From assembly GCA_039815375.1 (NCBI GenBank), contig JBCBZJ010000012.1:24504-88503 (forward strand): DNA of 64,000 nt. The letters run 5' to 3'. The translations under genes were made by a program, and so were the position numbers. The notes beneath the pieces are model-generated. The model was not told where the DNA came from. It saw nothing but the letters and a program-made list of their open reading frames with translations, and ran no database searches. Shown piece after piece: positions 1 to 9,902 of this stretch. Position 1 is the stretch's first letter, and each line of letters begins with the position of its first letter. Source of the DNA: Verrucomicrobiota bacterium. GTDB lineage: Bacteria > Verrucomicrobiota > Verrucomicrobiia > Opitutales > Coraliomargaritaceae.

Positions 1-333
1 GCTACCCATCGGTAAATCCGTCCGGGGAACCATGACTGACGCACCCAGCGAGATTGCCTTCGCAACGGAGGCATCAATATCCTCCGAGTTGATATACTGC
101 ATCCAGCAGGGCTGCGCTGCGGCCTCGGCCGGCGCTTGCACACAACCGGCAGCCGGCTTGCCGTTGTTGTTGAAGATAACGTAACTGTTGCCGTCCGGCA
201 TCGGCATTTCCTCGGTCGTCCAGCCGAAGAGTTCGGTGTAGAATGCGATTGTTGCTGCCTTGTCCGTCGTCACGACTTCGTTCCAGCCGATCGTGCCGGG
301 CAGTACTTCAGGGGTATTATTTTCTTCACTCAT
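1..333 (-). CDS. VOC/glyoxalase family protein (3' end runs off the window)
   Basis: Manual translation from ATG at 333: MSEENNTPEVLPGTIGWNEVVTTDKAATIAFYTELFGW...PCWMQYINSEDIDASVAKAISLGA. This is the typical VOC pattern (W-E-TTD, FY-LFGW). Not in the ORF track because it is open-ended. Confidence 0.85.
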   Translation of the reverse strand, partial: MSEENNTPEVLPGTIGWNEVVTTDKAATIAFYTELFGWTTEEMPMPDGNSYVIFNNNGKPAAGCVQAPAEAAAQPCWMQYINSEDIDASVAKAISLGASVMVPRTDLPMGS

Positions 334-447
334 GTTTTTTTAATTTTGAAGTTACATTTTCAAAGTGAAATACAAAATTAGGAAAAGCAGGGAGTTAAAC
401 GATTAAAAAGTAAGCCCCTGCAGTTACATTTCTGCGACAAGACCCTG

Positions 448-996
448 ATGAAAACCTTTGAAGCAGCCACTGAGTTTGTCCTGAAACACAAAGTTGTCAC
501 CGTGTTTGGCAGCAAGAACTCTCCCTATCCTTCACTCTGGAACAACACCGACCTGTCCGAAGAGAAGCCGGCCGAGGGCGGCTGGAATCCAAAAGTCACT
601 GCCGTCTGGGACTGGAAAACCCGGATCCCGCAAACCTTTCCGGATGAGATCTTTTACGGCAAAGTGCCCGGAGGCGATGCCGTGCTGATGACCATGGAGT
701 ATCTTCGGGAAGTGCACTACCCCGCAGCCTTCAAACCGGTTTCGCAGCTCCCCGAACTCTGCCGGAAAGTCTACGAATGTATCCGGGTCGAGCCATTATA
801 TACGGGCGATCTACGCAAGCACGCCGTCGCAGAATTTCACACCACAAAGAGTCGCTTCGACACTGCATTGAAGAAGCTCCAGATCAGCCTGAACATCGTC
901 CGTTCCATGGACCCGGATGTAGAGAATGACCTCTGGCTGCCATTTCATGAGATACATCTTGATATTGTGGAACGTTACCCGGACTTACAGGATTGA
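448..996 (+). CDS. AlkZ-related / winged-helix hypothetical protein
   Basis: 182 aa ORF with PSLW, WDWK, FYGK and FDTALKKLQ..L.IV motifs recalled from AlkZ-related proteins. Confidence 0.55.
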   Translation: MKTFEAATEFVLKHKVVTVFGSKNSPYPSLWNNTDLSEEKPAEGGWNPKVTAVWDWKTRIPQTFPDEIFYGKVPGGDAVLMTMEYLREVHYPAAFKPVSQLPELCRKVYECIRVEPLYTGDLRKHAVAEFHTTKSRFDTALKKLQISLNIVRSMDPDVENDLWLPFHEIHLDIVERYPDLQD

Positions 997-1006
997 TACG
1001 GTTCAC

Positions 1007-1293
1007 ATGAAGGCTCATTCCCACCGCCCTTTCATCTGGACTGACCTCTTCACATTTGACGTCGGCCAAGTGAAGTAGTCCTAAAAGCAAGTGTTGGACT
1101 GGCAATTGGAAGGTACAGGTGGCGACCACTGGAACAAGCAGGCCGGCGAAAATCAGCCCCCCCTTGATTACCTTTTCACTAACAACGGTTCATTCGCCAG
1201 GTTTACTTGGAGCAATAATTTTTTGTGAGGAGATCCTCACCTTCACAAGCGAAAGACTTTGATGAGCTTCGCGAAAAGGTAAAGAACTACTGA
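1007..1293 (+). pseudogene. Degraded VOC-family gene remnant
   Basis: MKAHSHRPFIWTDLFTFDVGQVK*S*KQVLDWQLE... matches the VOC N-terminal pattern (FxWxDLxTxD...FY..VxxW) with stops where FY is expected; a later frame reads DFDELREKVK. Confidence 0.45.
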
Positions 1294-1418
1294 AGTTACA
1301 CTTTGACTAGTCCGATCCGGCCACCCCTTGGTGCATTTCCTGCTAAGAGAAGAGCTTAAAGCGAAAAATGCCTTGATTGACAGGAGAGGGTGAACCGCTT
1401 GTTTAACCCGCAAATTAC

Positions 1419-4184
1419 ATGAGTTTAAGAGAGTCATTTATCACGACCAAAGAAGTTCTCGGGAAGCCCTACGAGGATCTGGAGTTCTTGCTCTGCAGCC
1501 TGAAAAGCGTGCTCGAGAAAAACGGCGAGGCGGAGATTGCCGGGGCGATCCCATGGATCAGCGAGAAAGACCCGACGATCGACGGAATCACGCCGAAGCA
1601 CATCCAGCTCTACTCAATGATTTTTCACCTCGTGAATATGGTGGAGATTAACGCAGCCGTGCAGGCGCGCCGCTCGAAAGAGGATGAGTCGCTGGACTCA
1701 GTTAACGGGCTCTGGGGAATCAACATCAAGGAGCTGGTGGACGCCGGGCTTTCTCAGGAAGACATCATGGATGCGCTTGGAGAAGTCATTATCGAGCCCG
1801 TCCTCACTGCCCACCCAACTGAAGCAAAACGCGCAACCGTTCTTGAGCACCACCGCGAGCTTTACGTGTTACTCGTCAAGCGCGAGAACACGATGTATAC
1901 GGAAAACGAGATCCGACACGTCGACCATAATATTGAACAGGCCCTCTACCGACTCTGGAAGACCGGTGAAATCTACCTTGAGAAACCCGACATTCAGGAC
2001 GAGCTCCGCAATATCCTGCACTACCTCGTCAACGTCTTCCCTGAAGTCATTTCGATAATTGATCGCCGCCTGCTTCAAGCCGTCCAGTTCAGCGGCATGG
2101 ACCTGGAAGCCTTTTGTGCAAGTCACAGCTTCCCGAAAATCAGCTTTGGCGACTGGGTCGGCGGCGACCGCGACGGGCATCCACTCGTGACTGCGAAAGT
2201 GACTCAGGAGACGTTGCTCCAACTGCGGCTTAATGCCTTTGTCGTCATCCGCCGCAAACTCATCCACCTCGTCAAGCGCATGAGCTTCAGCATTTCGTTT
2301 GAGAAGACGGAGGAGGCCCTACAATCGCGCATTCAGGAAATGCTGGACGAAACCGGCCCAGGCGGCCGCGAGAGCTTCGACCGAAATAAAGGAGAGGCCT
2401 TCCGCCAATTCATCAGCCTGATGCTGCACAAGCTCCCGGTGGAATCGATCCGTGGGCATGCAACCAAGCTCCTTGATGTGGAGGGTGCCTACATCCACTC
2501 ACAGCAGCTAAAGGATGATCTTTCCCTTCTTCAGTCGTCTCTCATTGAATACGGCGCAAAATCTGTCGCTTACGATGATGTCGTTACAGTAATGAGGGTA
2601 GTTGAGGCCTTCGGCTTCCACCTCGCCGCCCTGGACATTCGCCAGAACAGCGCCTTTCACGATAAAGCGATCGAGCAACTCCTTGAAGCCTCACGCGCCA
2701 AAGAAACCGATTTTGGCAACTGGGAAGAAGCCAAACGTATCAAGTTTTTAAACAAAGAGCTCGAGTCTGCCCGCCCCTTCACTGCCTTAAAAGCACAGCT
2801 CGGCCCGGAAGCTCAGGCCGTGGTGGAATGCTACCGTGTGATTGCCACCCATACCCGCAAGTTCGGCACAAACTGTATCGGCTCCTTTATCGTCAGCATG
2901 ACGCGCTCTGTCTCCGATCTGCTCGCCGTCTATCTACTCGCTCGCGAAGTCGGGCTGACCGAAATGACAGAAGAAGGCCAGTATTGTGAAATACCGGTCG
3001 TGCCTCTGCTCGAAACCATAGAAGATCTTGAGAACGGCACAGATATTCTGCGCGACTTTCTTGCCCATCCTGTGACTCGACGCACCCTCGCTCAGCAGCA
3101 GGAAAAGAACGGCACAAAGCAGCCGATCCAGCAGGTCATGGTTGGCTACAGCGATAGCAATAAAGACGGCGGTATCCTCGCCAGCCAGTGGGGCCTCTAC
3201 AAAGCACAATATGCACTCAGCGAAGTCGGAGACGACGCTGGTGTGAAAATACGCTTCTTCCACGGCAAGGGTGGCTCGATCAGCCGCGGTGCCGGACCAA
3301 CGCACTACTTTATCAAGGCTCTGCCTTACGGCGCACCCAATGGAGACATCCGTCTGACCGAACAAGGCGAAACCATTGCCCAGAAATACGGCAATCCAGT
3401 TAATGCCGCCTATAACCTTGAGCTGCTCGCTGCCAATACACTGAGCAAATACCTCAAGGACCAAAAGTTCGAGCGCGCCTTCCATCCGCTGGCAGATGTC
3501 ATCGATTGGCTGGCCATGAGCTCTCAGAAACACTACGACGCGATGCGCAGTAAAGAGGGCTTCATCACTTTCTTCCGAAGCGCTACTCCGATTGATGCAA
3601 TTGAGATGAGCAAGATCGGTTCCCGCCCGGCCAAGCGCACCGGCATGAACACACTCGACGACCTCCGCGCCATCCCCTGGGTCTTCTCATGGAGTCAGGC
3701 ACGCGCCCACATGACGAGTTGGTTCGGCGTCGGCAGCGCGCTGGAGGAGCTAAAATCCGAGAACCTTGAGAGCTATGAAAAACTCCATGCCTCGCTGAAG
3801 AAAGACTCCTTCGTGCGCTACGTCTTCACCAACGTCGATACCAGCCTCGCCGCTACAGATGAGGATATCTTCCAGCTCTATATCGACCTGGTTGAAGATA
3901 ATGCCCTTCGCGATAAGTTCTGCCGTATCTTCATGGACGAGCTCGCACTCACCCGACGCCACTTGAAAACGCTCCTCAACCGACCGATTGAAGAACGTCG
4001 AAGAGGTCACCACTACTCGAACCTACTTCGCGCCTCGCTTATGAGACCGCTGCACGAGAAACAAGTCGCGCTGCTTCGGAAATGGCGTGCACAGAAGGCC
4101 AGCGAAGACGTTGACGAGAATATTCAGACCGAACTGTTGATGACCATCAACGCCCTCTCCGGCGCGATGCGGAATACGGGGTAA
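1419..4184 (+). CDS. ppc: Phosphoenolpyruvate carboxylase
   Basis: 921 aa; VLTAHPTE, WVGGDRDGHP, QVMVGYSDSNKDGG, FFHGKGGSISRG, LRAIPWVFSWSQ, C-terminal MRNTG. Confidence 0.97.
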   Translation: MSLRESFITTKEVLGKPYEDLEFLLCSLKSVLEKNGEAEIAGAIPWISEKDPTIDGITPKHIQLYSMIFHLVNMVEINAAVQARRSKEDESLDSVNGLWGINIKELVDAGLSQEDIMDALGEVIIEPVLTAHPTEAKRATVLEHHRELYVLLVKRENTMYTENEIRHVDHNIEQALYRLWKTGEIYLEKPDIQDELRNILHYLVNVFPEVISIIDRRLLQAVQFSGMDLEAFCASHSFPKISFGDWVGGDRDGHPLVTAKVTQETLLQLRLNAFVVIRRKLIHLVKRMSFSISFEKTEEALQSRIQEMLDETGPGGRESFDRNKGEAFRQFISLMLHKLPVESIRGHATKLLDVEGAYIHSQQLKDDLSLLQSSLIEYGAKSVAYDDVVTVMRVVEAFGFHLAALDIRQNSAFHDKAIEQLLEASRAKETDFGNWEEAKRIKFLNKELESARPFTALKAQLGPEAQAVVECYRVIATHTRKFGTNCIGSFIVSMTRSVSDLLAVYLLAREVGLTEMTEEGQYCEIPVVPLLETIEDLENGTDILRDFLAHPVTRRTLAQQQEKNGTKQPIQQVMVGYSDSNKDGGILASQWGLYKAQYALSEVGDDAGVKIRFFHGKGGSISRGAGPTHYFIKALPYGAPNGDIRLTEQGETIAQKYGNPVNAAYNLELLAANTLSKYLKDQKFERAFHPLADVIDWLAMSSQKHYDAMRSKEGFITFFRSATPIDAIEMSKIGSRPAKRTGMNTLDDLRAIPWVFSWSQARAHMTSWFGVGSALEELKSENLESYEKLHASLKKDSFVRYVFTNVDTSLAATDEDIFQLYIDLVEDNALRDKFCRIFMDELALTRRHLKTLLNRPIEERRRGHHYSNLLRASLMRPLHEKQVALLRKWRAQKASEDVDENIQTELLMTINALSGAMRNTG

Positions 4185-4192
4185 ATCAGACG

Positions 4193-4510
4193 CTATGGCG
4201 CAGCACCAAAAGTAAATGTGCCACTCGTCGAAAAGGCCCCTGCTGTACCGGGGTTGCCAGTTCCTGTGAAAGTCCCGCTATCCGTGGTCTCGAAAATCAA
4301 GTTTAGCAGCAATGGGATCACAGTAACGGACTCCACGTAAAAGCGCACACGATAAGCCTCCTGAGTCCAGAAGTAAAAACTCAGATTGCCGGGGGCGTCC
4401 GAGTCCAAGCCGGCGCTGCCGTAGCTTCCCGGGACGTCACCTGCAGGGCTAGTGATTGTATATCGTATCGCGGGCCCACCCGTAATGTTCAAAACAAGTT
4501 CTTGTTCTAC
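4193..4510 (-). pseudogene. 5'-truncated fragment of a probable secreted beta-rich protein, fused to a broken REP
   Basis: The open frame ends ...FETTDSGTFTGTG...SGTFTFGAAP*. Its only start (MPSHVR) lies inside the REP palindrome, and the REP-like sequence stops abruptly at 4511. Confidence 0.4.
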
Positions 4511-4566
4511 GGCGTCCGAGTTCGTTTTGCAAGCATCGCGGACGTGTGAGGGCACACGTCCCTACC
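4511..4566. repeat. GTAG-type REP (4539-4566, inverted) plus remnant of the partner REP (GGCGTCCG at 4511-4518)
   Basis: CGGACGTGTG-AGGG-CACACGTCC-CTACC: perfect 9-bp stem, 4-nt loop, GTAG foot on the minus strand; identical to 5116-5143. Confidence 0.9.
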
Positions 4567-4622
4567 AAATTAAAGCCAAACAGACTTGATGCCAAAAACG
4601 TTATTCCGGATGCTTCTGCAAC

Positions 4623-5072
4623 ATGGCGCGGACGGAAAGAAGATGGCTGTATCATAATACGCCGAGTTGGATTCGACCCGATAATGAACGGTTCTTCATC
4701 ACAATCTGTTGCAAAGAGCGCGGACGTGAGCAGCTCACTCAACCGAAGGTTGCAGAAGGTATCTTTGCTTCAATCGATTTCGGGCAGGAGCGAGGCGACT
4801 GGCATATGCGCCTTCTTCTACTGATGCCCGACCATCTTCATATGATTGCCTCGTTTCCTGACCATATTGCATCCATGTCGAAATCGATCAGCGACTGGAA
4901 ACGCTTGATGGCTCGTCGGCATAAGATCGTCTGGCAAAAGGCATTCTTTGATCACCGATTGCGGAGCGATGCGGCGCTGGATGAGAAAGCAGCTTACATT
5001 CGAATGAATCCGGTTCATGCAGGACTGTGCAAAAAGCCGGAAGACTGGCCCTATGCTTGGGAACAATGGTAG
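4623..5072 (+). mobile_element. REP-associated tyrosine transposase (RAYT / TnpA-REP, HUH Y1)
   Basis: 149 aa; FFITIC, MPDHLH (HUH), WQ..FFDH..R, YIRMNPVHAGLC...DWP; flanked by REPs. Confidence 0.92.
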
Positions 5073-5143
5073 GGACGCCTGCCCCCAGGCGTCCGCCAAA
5101 CCACGACGATGAAACCGGACGTGTGAGGGCACACGTCCCTACC
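5068..5143. repeat. REP doublet (REPIN): two inverted GTAG-type REPs with a 20-bp spacer
   Basis: 5068-5095 GGTAGGGACGCCTG-CCCC-CAGGCGTCCG and 5116-5143 CGGACGTGTG-AGGG-CACACGTCCCTACC, each with a perfect 9-bp stem. Confidence 0.92.
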
Positions 5144-8100
5144 TCAGCCGAACTAGCAGATCCTTCGAGTCGACTTGGTCGCCGGCCTGGACTTCGATCA
5201 CGTCGACAACGCCATCAGCGAGGGCATAAACCGTGGTCTGCATCTTCATCGCTTCAAGCACGCAAAGCTTTTCCTTTTTCTTGATCTTCTGGCCAACGGA
5301 GACGGAAACAGCACTGACCATGGCAGGAATGGGAGCGCCAACCTGCATCTTATCGGCGGGGTCGGCCTTCGTGCGCTTCTTCGTGTCGGTCTTGATCGAC
5401 TTGTCGAGGATAACACATTCGCGGGCACGTCCATTCAGCTCGAAGGTCAGGGTGCGTTCGCCGTCTTCGTTAGGCTCGGAAACGTAAATCAGTTTCACAA
5501 TGAGCGACTTACCCTCCTCGATTTCGACAGTGATTTCCTCACCTGGCTTAAGCCCGTAGAAGAACGCGGGCGTGGGCAAGACGCGGGCGTGGCCATAGTT
5601 GTCGACATGCTTGATCAGGTCCGCAAAAACCTGCGGATACATGAGATAGGCATAAAGGTCGTCGTCACCAATCTCACGCTTATATTTCGTCACAAGCTCT
5701 TTACGCGTGGCTTCAAGATCGACCTTCTCGGCACGAGTGCCGGGCCGGCCTTTAAAGGGCTTCTTGTCACCCAACACCACCTTTTGGACTTTCTTCGGCC
5801 AGCCGCCCTTGGGTTGGCCGAGGCCACCGGAAAGCATATCGACGACAGACTCAGGGAAAGCAGTGCCGGGCTCGAGATTGACGAGATCGGCCGGCTCAAC
5901 GCCTTTATTGAGAAGGAACATGGAGAGGTCGCCGACAACCTTGGAGGACGGAGTCACCTTGACGATGTCGCCGAGGATGAGATTGACCTCATGATAGTAG
6001 CGTACGACTTCCGGCCAACGGGTGCCAAGACCGAGAGCGCGTGCCTGCTCGCGCAGGTTTGTGTATTGGCCGCCAGGCATCTCGTGGGTGTAAACTTCAG
6101 CCGAGCCAAACTTCGGACTAGTGTCGAAGGGCTCGTAGTATTGCCGGATGGCCTCGTAGTAAATAGAGAGCTCGTTGAGGAAATCGAGGTTGAGCTTGGT
6201 ATCACGCTTGTCACCGCGCAGGGCGTTGACAATGGAGTTCAGGTTCGGCTGGGAGGTAAGTCCAGAGAGCGATGAAACAGCAAGATCAACAGCGTCGACT
6301 CCTGCTTCGGCGGCCTTGATGATAGATGCACCTGCAATGCCGGACGAGTCGTGCGTGTGGAAATGAACCGGCAGGTCGGTTTCATCGCGCAAGGCCTTAA
6401 CGAGCTTGAACACAGCATGCGGGGTGCAGAGGCCGGACATGTCCTTGAGCGCAATAATGTGTGCACCCATCTTCTCGAGCTCCTTTGCGATATCGACGTA
6501 ATATTTGAGCGAATACTTGTCGCGCTGTTTATCGAGGATGTCGCCGGTGTAGCAGATGGTGCCTTCACAGACGGAGTTGGTGTCCTTGCGGATTGACTCC
6601 ATCGCAACCTTCAGATTCGGCAGGTAGTTGAGCGAATCAAAGACGCGGAAGATATCCATGCCCGACTCGGCAGAGTGCTTAATAAAGCCGCGGATAACAT
6701 TGTCCGGGTAGTTCGAGTAGCCCACGCCGTTGGCACCGCGGAGCAACATCTGGAAACAGACGTTGGGGATGCGTTCCCGCAGGCGGCGAAGGCGCTTAAA
6801 CGGGTTCTCATGCAGGAACCGCATGGAGGTGTCGAAGGTGGCACCACCCCAGCATTCGACCGAGAAAAGATCGCCTGCGCGTTGGGCCACAGCGTCAGCT
6901 ACCTTGAGCTGGTCATAGCTACGCATGCGGGCAGCGAGCAAAGACTGGTGCGCGTCACGCATCGTCGTATCGGTCACGAGGAGCTTCTTCTGTTTACGGG
7001 TCCACTCGGCAAATTTTTCCGGCCCATGCTTGGTCAGGTAGTCCTTTGTCCCCTTCGGCAACTTGTGGGTGTGATCGTGCTCCGGAATGATGAGCGGTAA
7101 GTCCATCGCGGGGACGGGGCGCCCTTTGACCTGGTCGTTGCCGTTTACGATAGTTTCCCCGAGAAGCTTGAGCAGCTTGGTCGCGCGGTCACGGCGGCGC
7201 TTGAAATTGAACAGTTCTTTCGAGGTGTCGATCAGCGTAGTCGTCGCCTTGCCCGAGACAAAGATCGGATGGTTAATCACATTCTCAATAAAGGGAATGT
7301 TGGTCTTCACCCCGCGAATCCGGAACTCGCGAAGCGCCCGATCCATCCGCTGAATCGCATCTTCGAAGCACCCTGCCGAAGCAGTGAGCTTGACCAGCAG
7401 GGAGTCGTAGTAGGGCGTGATGACTGCACCCGTGTCACCCATCGCGCCATCGAGACGTATACCGAAGCCGGCCGCCGAGCGGTAGTTGACGATCTTACCG
7501 TAATCGGGTGCAAAGTTCTTTTCCGGATCTTCAGTCGTGATGCGGGCCTGGATGGCGACCCCGTTACGCGGGATATTCTCCTGCTTCGGAATGCCGACCT
7601 TTTTGGAGTGGAGACCGTGACCCTGCGCAATAAGCACTTGGCTACGCACGATATCTATCCCCGTAATGACTTCAGTCACTGTATGCTCCACTTGGATGCG
7701 CGGGTTCATCTCGATAAAGAACCACTCGTCAGTATCGAGGTCGTAAAGAAACTCTACCGTTCCTGCGCTGTAGTAGCCAATCGACTTGGCGATCTGCACG
7801 GCTGCATCACAAAGGTCGGCACGGACTCCGTCGGGTAGACCGATAGACGGCGCAATCTCGACGACCTTTTGATGGCGGCGTTGAACCGAGCAGTCGCGCT
7901 CGTGGAGGTGAACAACGTTCCCCTTCTTGTCGCCAAGGATTTGCACCTCAATGTGCTTCGCACGCTCGATGTAGCGCTCGAGAAAAACCGAAGCGTTACC
8001 AAAGGCACGTTGCGCTTCGCCCTGTGCTTCTTCAAGAGAAGCCTTCAAATCTTTCGGGTCTTTGACCACGCGCATGCCCCGGCCACCACCGCCGAAGGCT

Positions 8101-8576
8101 GCTTTGATGATCAGTGGAAAGCCGATTTTCTTAGCAGTCTTTAGCGCTTCATCGGGATCGGAGATCGGGTCTTCTGTGCCGGGTAGCGTGGGGACACTGG
8201 CCTGGTCAGCAATCTTGCGGGCCTCAATCTTGTCTCCCATACGCGCGAGCAAGTCAGAGCTTGGCCCCACAAAAGTAATGCCGTTCTTTTCACAAGCCTC
8301 TGCGAAGTGCGCGTTCTCGGAAAGGAAACCATACCCGGGGTGAACCAGATCAACGCCCTTGGCCTTGGCCAGATCGATGATGCTCTCAATGTCGAGGTAG
8401 GCTGCAACAGGACCTTTACCTTCGCCAATAAGATAGGATTCATCAGCTTTGAAACGGTGGACGCCAAAACGGTCCTCATTGGCATAAATGGCGACTGTGC
8501 GGCAGTCGAGCTCAGTGGCGGAGCGGAAAATGCGGACGGCAATCTCACTCCGGTTGGCGGCGAGTAACTTCTTCAT
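5139..8576 (-). CDS. pyc: Pyruvate carboxylase
   Basis: 1145 aa; biotin carboxylase (ANRSEIA, RDCSVQRRHQK), carboxyltransferase (RDAHQSL, WGGATFD, HFHTHD), biotinyl EAMKM. Confidence 0.97.
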   Translation of the reverse strand: MKKLLAANRSEIAVRIFRSATELDCRTVAIYANEDRFGVHRFKADESYLIGEGKGPVAAYLDIESIIDLAKAKGVDLVHPGYGFLSENAHFAEACEKNGITFVGPSSDLLARMGDKIEARKIADQASVPTLPGTEDPISDPDEALKTAKKIGFPLIIKAAFGGGGRGMRVVKDPKDLKASLEEAQGEAQRAFGNASVFLERYIERAKHIEVQILGDKKGNVVHLHERDCSVQRRHQKVVEIAPSIGLPDGVRADLCDAAVQIAKSIGYYSAGTVEFLYDLDTDEWFFIEMNPRIQVEHTVTEVITGIDIVRSQVLIAQGHGLHSKKVGIPKQENIPRNGVAIQARITTEDPEKNFAPDYGKIVNYRSAAGFGIRLDGAMGDTGAVITPYYDSLLVKLTASAGCFEDAIQRMDRALREFRIRGVKTNIPFIENVINHPIFVSGKATTTLIDTSKELFNFKRRRDRATKLLKLLGETIVNGNDQVKGRPVPAMDLPLIIPEHDHTHKLPKGTKDYLTKHGPEKFAEWTRKQKKLLVTDTTMRDAHQSLLAARMRSYDQLKVADAVAQRAGDLFSVECWGGATFDTSMRFLHENPFKRLRRLRERIPNVCFQMLLRGANGVGYSNYPDNVIRGFIKHSAESGMDIFRVFDSLNYLPNLKVAMESIRKDTNSVCEGTICYTGDILDKQRDKYSLKYYVDIAKELEKMGAHIIALKDMSGLCTPHAVFKLVKALRDETDLPVHFHTHDSSGIAGASIIKAAEAGVDAVDLAVSSLSGLTSQPNLNSIVNALRGDKRDTKLNLDFLNELSIYYEAIRQYYEPFDTSPKFGSAEVYTHEMPGGQYTNLREQARALGLGTRWPEVVRYYHEVNLILGDIVKVTPSSKVVGDLSMFLLNKGVEPADLVNLEPGTAFPESVVDMLSGGLGQPKGGWPKKVQKVVLGDKKPFKGRPGTRAEKVDLEATRKELVTKYKREIGDDDLYAYLMYPQVFADLIKHVDNYGHARVLPTPAFFYGLKPGEEITVEIEEGKSLIVKLIYVSEPNEDGERTLTFELNGRARECVILDKSIKTDTKKRTKADPADKMQVGAPIPAMVSAVSVSVGQKIKKKEKLCVLEAMKMQTTVYALADGVVDVIEVQAGDQVDSKDLLVRLR

Positions 8577-8742
8577 AGGTAGGGAGCGGAAAACTAAGTT
8601 GGTCGTCCAGAGAAGGCGGCAGGCCTACACCTGTCAACGATGCAGCTCGACCTACTTTGGCTTAGGCCTCTTAGGTAGAGGTAATCTCGAGACAAGCCGT
8701 CGTCACCCCTGCGACGTGCATACACACCTTATTCCACTTTTT

Positions 8743-9801
8743 CTAAGCAGAATCCTGCCGAATTCCTGTGCCGACTTTACCATTGCCGGAGAGCAAAACA
8801 GCAATCGGGCGAGCACTCGGAAAGTAGGAGCAGATAATCATAATAATCACCGTAATCGGCACACAGAGGAACATACCGGGAATGCCCCAAACCGAGCCCC
8901 ACAAACCTAGGGAAAGCAGGATGACGATAGGGCTGAGATTGAGACGATTACCCATTAACTTAGGTTCAATCAGGCTGCCGATACAGAACTGAACTCCACT
9001 AATCAACGAAATGGTGACGATGAAGGGGCCGAGCGTATCGGGAAACTGGACTAGGGAGAGTAGCGAAGGAAAGGCTGTCGCAATGAGAGAACCAATCGTC
9101 GGAATAAAATTGAGCAGGAAGATGAGTACGGCCCAGAAGCTGGCAAAGTCCACACCAACGAAATGCAGGATCACGAAACTCAAAATTCCTGTCGTCGCAC
9201 TCGTCAGAACCTTAATCGCCACGTAAGTCCGAATATCGCCACGCATCTTACCTATGAGTTCAAAGGCGTCCTTCTGTTTGGTCCGGTCCTGAATGATCGC
9301 CTTGATTTTATCGGCAAAAGTCCGCTGCTCGAGCAAAAGGAAGAGCAGGTAGACGATAATGATACCCGTGCTGCTGACCAGAGAACGAACCGTGCCGCCA
9401 AAATCCTGGAGCACGGAGCGAAGATCCACCTGATCAATGATCTCCTGGAGGTTGGGCACTTCTTCAACGCCAACCATCGTATAACCTTTATAAATCAGGG
9501 CCTCAATATTATCCTGATAAACAGGTGCTTCACGAATCACGCTCTGGATATTAACGGTGATGAGGTTAATAATAAAACTGATACCGAGAAGAATTACACC
9601 GATCGCCACTACCATGGAGAGTGCTTTCGGCACGCCGTAACCCCGAATGCGAATCGAGCTAATACCGTGGGCCAGAATACTAATTAGATAGGCAATCGCC
9701 CCAGCGATCACCAGCGGCAACAAGAGCGTCTGACCAATGTAGAGAACATAAAAGCTCAGGATTACCACAATCATGGCAAAGGCAGCTCGTTGTAACTTCA
9801 T
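8743..9801 (-). CDS. AI-2E family transporter
   Basis: 352 aa multi-TM protein; LNFIPTIG, EPKLMGNRLNLSP, WG..WGIPGMFL.VP. Confidence 0.9.
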   Translation of the reverse strand: MKLQRAAFAMIVVILSFYVLYIGQTLLLPLVIAGAIAYLISILAHGISSIRIRGYGVPKALSMVVAIGVILLGISFIINLITVNIQSVIREAPVYQDNIEALIYKGYTMVGVEEVPNLQEIIDQVDLRSVLQDFGGTVRSLVSSTGIIIVYLLFLLLEQRTFADKIKAIIQDRTKQKDAFELIGKMRGDIRTYVAIKVLTSATTGILSFVILHFVGVDFASFWAVLIFLLNFIPTIGSLIATAFPSLLSLVQFPDTLGPFIVTISLISGVQFCIGSLIEPKLMGNRLNLSPIVILLSLGLWGSVWGIPGMFLCVPITVIIMIICSYFPSARPIAVLLSGNGKVGTGIRQDSA

Positions 9802-9902
9802 TATTTAATGCTAGGCCGCTTCAAAGTGCTTTGTCGAATGATAAGGTCGGGGATTCACAAACATTCTCTCGAATATCACTCTGAGCCTAACGAAACACTT
9901 AA

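Noticed and set aside
136..381. 81-aa plus-strand ORF
   Set aside because: Antisense to the VOC gene at 1-333
5175..6275. Long antisense ORFs over pyc (also over glgP, tkt, secA, prfB and 31k)
   Set aside because: Shadow frames produced by codon bias of the real genes; no recognisable motifs
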